From positions 43,462,001 through 43,526,000 of the forward strand of contig OX597838.1 of NCBI GenBank assembly GCA_951406725.2: a stretch of DNA of 64,000 nt. The letters are read 5' to 3'. The notes under the pieces are model-generated. The model saw only the letters and a list, made by a program, of their open reading frames with translations. It made no database searches and had not been told where the DNA came from. This stretch comes from Octopus vulgaris. Lineage: Eukaryota. Positions 56,936 through 64,000 of the stretch are shown piece by piece. The position numbers and the translations under genes were made by a program. Position 1 is the stretch's first letter. Each line of letters opens with the position of its first letter.

Positions 56936-59156
56936 AGAACATGAGTTGATATATATATAAGGAGAATAAGCCAAGGGAGAAAATGCTAAAATAATTTTAT
57001 CATGAAAAACATTTTAGTACCGGTTTCAGCCTTTGTAACTTTTTCAACTTAGAGTAAAGCAGGTACTAAAATGTTCTTCACGATAAAATTATTTTAGCAT
57101 TTTCTACCTTGTCTTATTTTCCTTATATATATACACACACACACACATATATACCCAACAGTTTCTATAGCCAGAAGTACTCCCTGTCGTCAACCTTCAC
57201 TTGTTACTAAGATAATATTTCCCCATGGCTGGACGTGGTTTTCACAGAATATTGGAAACAAACAACCCCGCACATATGACAGTGATGCTCGTTTACAGCT
57301 GTTGTGTTATGCAAAGTGAAGACAAGGAGACACAAACCTTTGATTGTTGCTTCAGGGTTTTACCACGGAACAGCAGCTGAGAGAAAAACAGGTAGCTGCT
57401 CTCTTCTATGGGGCAAAAGAGAAACCTCGGCACCAGCGAACCAAGATTATGAATGATGTCATAGATTCCTGTAAGAAATCAAAAATACAAACATGTCAGA
57501 TATTTTTTTTCTTTTTGTTTTGTTTATTCAGTCAATAATTCCTAGAACTGACTTCTTCTCAATTTTATGTTTTTTCATCATATTTCTTGGGTTCAGTTCC
57601 ACTGTGTGGCACCTTGAGCAAGTGTCTTCTAATAAAGGCTCTGATGAACCAAGGCCTTATGAGGTGGGGATTTGATAGACAGAAACTGAAAGAAGCCTGC
57701 TGTGTGTGTGTGTGTGTGTGTGCACCTCTGTCTTGGCATCAAACAATGGCTGTAGGTGAACATCACGACTATACAAGCTATGGTGAACCTTTTTCTAATC
57801 TTCAGTGAAAAACATGTCTAGCTATCTGGAAACAGGTAAGGGTTGGTGACAGGAAGGGCATCCAGGCATCCCTAGACTAGGGCAGAGAGGTAACAGGCTA
57901 CGATTTGTGAAGATAATATTCGAATTGTTATAGGTTAACCCTTTGATACTAACCCATTTAAGACTGGCCTTGGTACTACGATACAAATTCTCTGTTTTAA
58001 ATTAAATTAAGGCATTCTGTTAAAACTTCATGTTCCAAACATTAGCTCAATAATGACAAACGAATGTCTAGAGCAGTAGTTTTCAACCAGGGTTCCACCA
58101 GTACAGTCCAGGGGTTCTGCAAGAAGTTACAAAACTGCTAAAATCGGCAGTAATTTTTAATTCTCTTGTGCAGATATGTGTGCATAAGACTATTAAATTA
58201 TTGCACAGGGGTTGCTCGAGCCAGTGGAATGTTTCCTTGGGGTTCCGCTCCAGCAAAAAGTCTGAAATATGGTAACAAAAGAGTTCGACATAACATAAAA
58301 GTAAGAATTACTTAAAGCTCTGCAAATCATGTTTTCCACTTACCTTGATCAGCGAAAGAAAGCACTTGGAAAATCGTCATAACATATTTCTCACCTGAAA
58401 TACAAAAAACATTGCTTTTGTACCTTTTCAAAGCCACATAGCAGCAGAGATCAATCAAAATCAATCACTATGACTAATGACTTTATGCTTGATAAGTAAA
58501 CTGCAGCTAGCTTGACCTGGCTCGTGCTGGCACCATTTAAAAAGCACCTGTACTGGTGCCAGGTAAAAGGTGTCCATCCTGGTGCCACATAAATAGCACC
58601 ATGCATAAAGCACCCACCCTGGTGCCACATAAAAAACGCCTGTGTTGTTTAGGAAGGGCATCCAGTCTTAGAAACCATGTGAAAAGAGACAACTGGAGTC
58701 TGGAGCAGATCTCCAGTTCCATACCAGCATGGAAAACGGACCTTAAATGATGATAATGATGACGATCCTATAGTAAGCTATAATTTTTTAATGTTAGCAT
58801 GGTTGGTGGTATTGGTGGTGGTAATGATGATGATGATGATGATGGTGGTGGTGCCAATGGTGACAATAGTGAATTACCTTCTGTAAGGATCTGTTTCAGG
58901 AAAGATTGCTTCATGAAGCTCCAAGTCAAACTGGTCAAGTCTCTGTTAATAAAGGGCTACAAGAGGGAAATATATATAATGTGTGTGTGTATATATATAT
59001 ATATATACACACACACATAGATAGATAGAAAGATAAATATAAATATACATTATATATCTTCACTATATATATATGTGTGTGTATGTGTGTGTCCAACCCA
59101 TGCCAGCATAGGTTAAATGATGATGATGATGATGATATATATATATATACACACAT

Positions 59157-59187
<31 letters not shown>

Positions 59188-62100
59188 TCTACACACACAC
59201 ACAAATATATATCTATATATTATCGATACAAACTTCAATAAACGTGTGAGAACAAGAGCTAACATTTTATTTAATAAAATGTCAAAAAGCTTGGTTCAAA
59301 TTTTTTTAAACTGAGACGATTTTAAATTCTGAGATGTTTTTAGGAAGTGCTTTCTACAGTTTATATATTCTCGTTCTCCTTTTTCTCTCTCTTTGTTCTC
59401 TCCCTCATGTTACATTCTAACCCCCCCCCCCCCGTTCCTTTACTCTCTCTCTCTTTCAATCTGATTTCCTTTGCTTTTTTCTTCACACATTTCTTTCTTC
59501 CTTCCACCCTTATTTTCTCCCTCATCCCTCCTCTTCATCATTTCACACCTTTTTTTCCCCCCTTTATCACTCTCTCTTTCTCTCTCCCTCTGTCTCCTTT
59601 CCTTTCCCCCACCCTCCTGCCTTTCTTTTCTTACATTTTTCCTTCTCTCTTTCTACTCCTCCTTTCTTTACTCTCTCTCTCTCTCTCTCCCTATCCCTTA
59701 TTCTTTTCCCTTTATCATTGTCATCATTTAACATCCATGGCATGGGAAACACATTTAACAGGACCCAGTGAATCCAAGGACTGCATCAGGGTCCAACATC
59801 TGCTTTGGAAGGTTTTTCTACAGCAGCACCCACACCCATCCTGACACCAACCACTTTACAGCGTGGAATGGATGCTTCTTTCATGACACCGGCATCAGTG
59901 AGGTCACCATGCAGCCTGCAAGACCAAGAGATCCCTTTCAACTGGGCAGAGCCACAGTAAAGAAAGGGGTGACTTTAAGTTAGGAGCCGAGGGGGTTGAA
60001 GTATGTGAGAAGGGGGTAGAATAAGAGAAGAGACTTGCTGTAGAAGAGATGCACTGTACCTCACATTATAGAAAAGTTAGTTGCACCTCGTCCCATTGAC
60101 TTCTCAATTACAGCCACTTCAACCCCATCCACCCAACCTTCAGTAATCCCCGAAGCCACAGGCATTTATTTATTTGTTTTGATGTTTGGACTTTTATCAA
60201 ACCCCCAAACTCCTTTCATTGAATGATTTACAGTATTATTACTTCAAAGTGAAATGTTTTGAAAAGTGGTGACACGAAACTCAGAATAAACAACTGTCAA
60301 AATTTCAGTTCTACCGTGTAGATATATAATACAATGACGGACTCTCCCATCATTAGATGTAGTACAAGCAGTGTTGCCAACTTAAAATCAGAATTTTATG
60401 CTAAATTGGCAACCCTGAGTACAAGGCAATTTTTGGCCGAACAACCAAACGGTTTGTTAAGAGAGAACAACTGATTCTCTCCCTTTGATGCTCCCAGCTT
60501 AGCACCAACCATTGTTGCCAGATTATGTTCCTTACTCGAAGAACTGATCATCACTTGAGACGTTCTATGTTTGAAAAGTTGTTCATAAACCGAAGTTCCA
60601 CTGTATTTGTTTGGATCAAATATAACCTGGTGCAGCATCTTTCTACTGAAATCGTATCTATTCATTATACTCCACTGCTTGCTATTAATATTAATTGATT
60701 AATTAATTCTATTCAGATTTTTTGGGGGTCAATATATACCATCTCCCACTTCATATATTTACTTGCTTTTGGAATCTTTTTATATCTCTTCTTATAAGTA
60801 GAGTCCAATCCATCTGAGACCACCTCTGATAGTTTAAAATAAATCTAAACTAAACCCTTCCATCGAAACTTGATGTTAATTTATGATGCAAACACCAGAT
60901 TAATAAGGACCAGGCTATTCTACTAAATTCTTTGCTATTTTCAAAATTCCCTACAAAACAGGCCAGTGTATTTCAGCAGAAATATTTTAACAGAAGGGTT
61001 AAAGTGGTCGAAGTTAAAACCTTCCATCAACAATTCCACCATGTTAATCCATGTTAATCCATGTTTCAAACACAAGTTTAATAATGACAAAGTTATTTTA
61101 TTAAATTCTTCATTTTGAAAACTAAATGAAACAAAGGCTCTCAGTTGAGATTTGGCACCAAAAAGGTTAAGTGACCTTGAATCACTAAGTCCCATACCTG
61201 GTTCTGAAGAAATTTTGGGAAAAAATCTCTGAATGTTTTCAATGGGAAATCTTTGTTGTCCTTCCGTTGTTGAATGTAGAATATAAAGAAGACATAAAAT
61301 GCTCCCACGTAGACCGTCATGGAAAGCACCTGGAGAAATAAGGAGAGACAAGAAACAGTGCATCGTATGGATAAATTCAAATGGCAGGAGAGTTCCTTAT
61401 GCAATATCATAGGAAAACAATCGGAAAGCATTGGACAAAAACTATACAAAGGTTTCAAATTCTGGTATAAAACCAGCAATTTTAGAGGAAGGAATAGTTT
61501 GCTTATATTGGCGCCAATGCTTAACTGATAATTATTTCATCAACCCCTGAAAGGGATGAAAGGTAAAGTCAACTGCAGTGGAGTTTGAATCCCAGAATGT
61601 AAAACCAGAAGAAATGCTGCTAAGCAGTTTGTCTAGCAGGCTAACGATTCCATCAGCTTGCCATTTTTATATAAAACTATATAATAGACATGAATGAATT
61701 GTAAACAAATGTTATGGTGAAATATTTTAGGATAATGGCACTCAGACATGGCTGTGTAGTTAAAAGATTTGCTTCCCAATCTTGTGTTTCAGGGTTCAGT
61801 CCCACTGTGTGACACCTTGGACAAGTGTTCTCTGTTACTATAGCCCCAGGCCAACCAAAGTCATGTCAGAGGATTTGGTTTCGATATCAATTTTGTGCTA
61901 TCCAACTAAAGTTTGGAAGCCTTCAATTTCTGGTGCCTTCTTTCTATAAGAGGGATACCCCCTTCACCTACTTGGGTCTCCATGACAAAGGGTCTTGGAA
62001 ACCATTTGGCACACCTGTTGTTTTCCATGCAATGACTTATTGTTGAAGGAAACCAGCAGGGATCATGCACCATCCAGGTTCTAACAAGACTTCCTTTCTT

Positions 62101-62906
62101 CGTGGGTCTTGAAGTTCTGCTGATATTAGGGAATCAATTTGATTGGAAAGCACCGTATTCATTAACTAGACCAAAACCACACACACACACAAACAATAAT
62201 AATATTCTATGTACATGTATATTCAGAGAGAATTAATGGTGAGATCAGCTTACCTGAGCTAATGAAAATATAATGAGTCCTAAATGTGGTTTATAGATAA
62301 CGAGGAACATCGTTAAGGCAGCTTTAACAATGAGAAGCAGGCCTTCCATTAACACCTGTAGAGAGATATTTATCATGATCATCATCATCAACATCATTAT
62401 CATCATGTCTATGTATATTTTTTCATGCAAACTTGGGTTGGAATGGTTGTCATAGTCCAAGGAACAGGGATCAGAATCTAAATGGAATGGTAGAGTAAAG
62501 GAAAGGAGAGAAAGGTGGTGAAAAGTGCCAGGGCATACCCTCAAGGTATGGAGGGTATAATGTAAGTGGCAGGGTATTGCCAAAGAAGCATAATGGTCAA
62601 GAGTAGTGCAGTGACTGGTGAAAATCAGGGTGTATAGAGGGAGTGGGGCAATACGGGAGCAGGGTGGTGGGGACAGGATTGGGGGGTGAGAGATAAGCAT
62701 TGTGTATGAAGAGGAAATGTGAGGAAGAGAAGAGATGTAGTTTGGTTTGTTGGGGTAGGGTGTGTGGAAGGTTTTATTGTTACGTGTGGGTGGAAAACAG
62801 CGTTTCTAGAACTCAGTTTTGCTGATGTGGGTGGATCATCTCAAGAACCTCATAATGCCAAACATCTCAATCCAATCCATTGTCATTTCCTCCATGAGAC
62901 CAAACG

Positions 62907-62937
<31 letters not shown>

Positions 62938-63645
62938 TGTATGTATGGTGTTTGAAGTGGTGTACAGATTTTGTATATTGAGAAAAAGGAGGCAGTCAGA
63001 ATTTTGGATAATTCTTTATTAGTGCTTTCATTCATTTATCAAACTCGTCAAGACAAAGTCAAAATGGTAAAAAAATACACACACATACAGACACACACAC
63101 ACATACACACACACACACACATACATACATACATACATACATACATACATACATACATACATACACACACATACATACACACACACACAGCCTGTTATCA
63201 GGGCTTCTGTGTAAAAGTCTTCACAAGTATCATTTATTCGATTCCATCTAATTTATATCTGTCTAAAAGTCTTGCTAACGATAGTAACATTGGTAACTAG
63301 GGTGGCATCAACAATTTGCATGGCAGATGATGTCCCGATTCCACAGAGTTTATCATTTCCCCTTCCTGTCCTTTTCTAAGTGAGTCATTTTTAACAAGAA
63401 ATTAAAACAAAATATCAATAAAAATATCTCTTATAGAAAGGTGCCAATTACTTACCTTAAGCTTGACAAACATAAACGCTTGTGTAATCACCCAGAGAGG
63501 TTGAGCAATTACCTCAATGACTGTTGATGCAGCAAAGGCAAACACTCCTATACTGTAGTGAGGTACAATTAAGGGATCGGGTCTTTGAAGTAGGTGGAGC
63601 CATATTGCACCCAAGGCAGTGCTAGCAACAGCAGCACAAGGAACA
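48275..63645 (-). CDS. RFT1: Protein RFT1 homolog (Man5GlcNAc2-PP-dolichol translocation, N-glycosylation); 11 coding exons in window, 5' exons outside
   Basis: Exons 63645-63456, 62355-62254, 61329-61198, 58956-58878, 58394-58344, 57468-57338, 55390-55246, 53106-53001, 52324-52196, 51309-51189, 48463-48275. All are GT-AG and phase-compatible. Motifs [69 protein letters not shown]. Confidence 0.96.
49095..50618 (+). mobile_element. 5'-truncated RTE-clade LINE with PHD-like finger after the RT core, antisense in the last RFT1 intron
   Basis: [21 protein letters not shown]...[12 protein letters not shown]...CGRC, FHYLGD; 3' UTR ends in (GAT)n. 3'-UTR-only copies at ~51845-52030, 53850-54180, 55470-55620, 56580-56760, 58510-58765, 59720-59920. 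Confidence 0.93.
51189..51309 (-). CDS. RFT1: RFT1 exon
   Basis: [40 protein letters not shown]; AG/GT flanks. Confidence 0.9.
52196..52324 (-). CDS. RFT1: RFT1 exon
   Basis: [42 protein letters not shown]. Confidence 0.93.
52668..52706 (-). ncRNA. Mutated type I hammerhead in an RFT1 intron, sense orientation
   Basis: UCCA-CUGAUGA-GGUC(aaauga)GACU-GGAA-CAUA-UC-UGGA; A13G and stem III broken. Confidence 0.6.
53001..53106 (-). CDS. RFT1: RFT1 exon
   Basis: [36 protein letters not shown]. Confidence 0.94.
54490..54850. mobile_element. Tandem TTAA-anchored (piggyBac-type) MITE remnants; relatives at ~57935-58285 and ~60790-61170
   Basis: AAGGTTAACCTTTT / TTAACCCTTT / AAGGGTTAA termini and a shared ACCATATTTCTG body. 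Confidence 0.55.
55246..55390 (-). CDS. RFT1: RFT1 exon
   Basis: [14 protein letters not shown]...[21 protein letters not shown]. Confidence 0.94.
56040..56520 (-). mobile_element. Older RTE fragment
   Basis: Diverged reverse complement of ~49660-50130. Confidence 0.7.
56951..57130. repeat. Fold-back element (~70-bp arms) with a U3-A8 variant hammerhead-like motif on the minus strand (57014-57050)
   Basis: Arms 56951-57021 and 57062-57130. Minus: AG-UUGAAAA-AGUU(acaaa)GGCU-GAAA-CCGG-UA-CU. Confidence 0.7.
57338..57468 (-). CDS. RFT1: RFT1 exon
   Basis: [43 protein letters not shown]. Confidence 0.95.
58075..58265. mobile_element. hAT (Charlie-like) MITE fragment
   Basis: CAGTAGTTTTCAACC terminus after TCTAGAG; repeated GGGGTTC subterminal motifs. 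Confidence 0.55.
58344..58394 (-). CDS. RFT1: RFT1 exon (51 nt)
   Basis: [18 protein letters not shown]. Confidence 0.93.
58878..58956 (-). CDS. RFT1: RFT1 exon (79 nt)
   Basis: [26 protein letters not shown]. Confidence 0.95.
60369..60417. mobile_element. 49-bp minimal hAT-type element with 8-bp TSD
   Basis: AGTACAAG-CAGTGTTGCCAA...TTGGCAACCCTG-AGTACAAG. Confidence 0.85.
61198..61329 (-). CDS. RFT1: RFT1 exon
   Basis: [44 protein letters not shown]. Confidence 0.9.
61900..62150 (-). mobile_element. Helitron Rep-region fragment
   Basis: Frameshifted minus-strand [38 protein letters not shown], resembling the HGPCG..CM..C.K.FPK...GYP.YRRR Helitron motif. Confidence 0.65.
62254..62355 (-). 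CDS. RFT1: RFT1 exon
   Basis: [34 protein letters not shown]. Confidence 0.93.
63456..63645 (-). CDS. RFT1: RFT1 exon
   Basis: VPCAAVAS...[13 protein letters not shown]...[16 protein letters not shown]|gtaagt. Confidence 0.95.
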
Positions 63646-64000
63646 CTGGAAGCAAGGTGATGGTAAATATACATTTATTAACTACAAAACTGAAAACAAA
63701 GGACAATTCTTCAGAAAAGTCATTTTCATTCTGAAATAAATTTTGTCTTTTAAAAATATAAGAGGAAATAATAAATAAAATCACATTGATGGTTATTTTC
63801 ACTATTTTAGACTGAAATGATTTTTGTTAGGATGAGATAAGCAGCAGCAGCAGTGGTATTAGTAGTTTACTCACGTCAGCCACAACAAATTAATGACTTG
63901 TGTCCACGAAGTTTTCCCTGCATGACTCAAACAGGCTCGGTTGAACGCTTCCCGTGAAATAAATATACCAGTGCTGTACAGCAGAGTTAGTCTACAGGGG

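Noticed and set aside
60396-60665. 89-aa minus-strand ORF in an RFT1 intron
   Set aside because: No recognisable homology; flanking RFT1 exons join in frame without it.

Overview
AT-rich, microsatellite-dense eukaryotic DNA, most likely an octopus/coleoid cephalopod (inferred from the (TA)n/(TATG)n/(TATC)n load and the tRNA-derived SINE and RTE repertoire). Nearly all ORFs in the supplied track are microsatellite artefacts. The only host gene I can support is RFT1 (minus strand): 11 GT-AG coding exons from 63645 to the stop at 48275, with its 5' exons beyond the window. The rest is decayed transposons: Tc1/mariner, an internally deleted Chapaev3, hAT and piggyBac-type MITEs, a Helitron fragment, RTE, R4-like, CR1-like and Tx1/L1-like LINEs, a Penelope-like element and three SINE families. 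The unusual layer is RNA structure. About a dozen hammerhead-ribozyme (HHR) motifs sit in Penelope-type terminal remnants and fold-back palindromes next to (TA)n. The most notable is a repeat present in two diverged copies (40136-40221 +, 42712-42797 -) in which the three hammerhead core strands occur in reversed, non-circularly permuted order, with extra pseudoknot helices showing compensatory changes. All structures were folded by eye and none has been tested.
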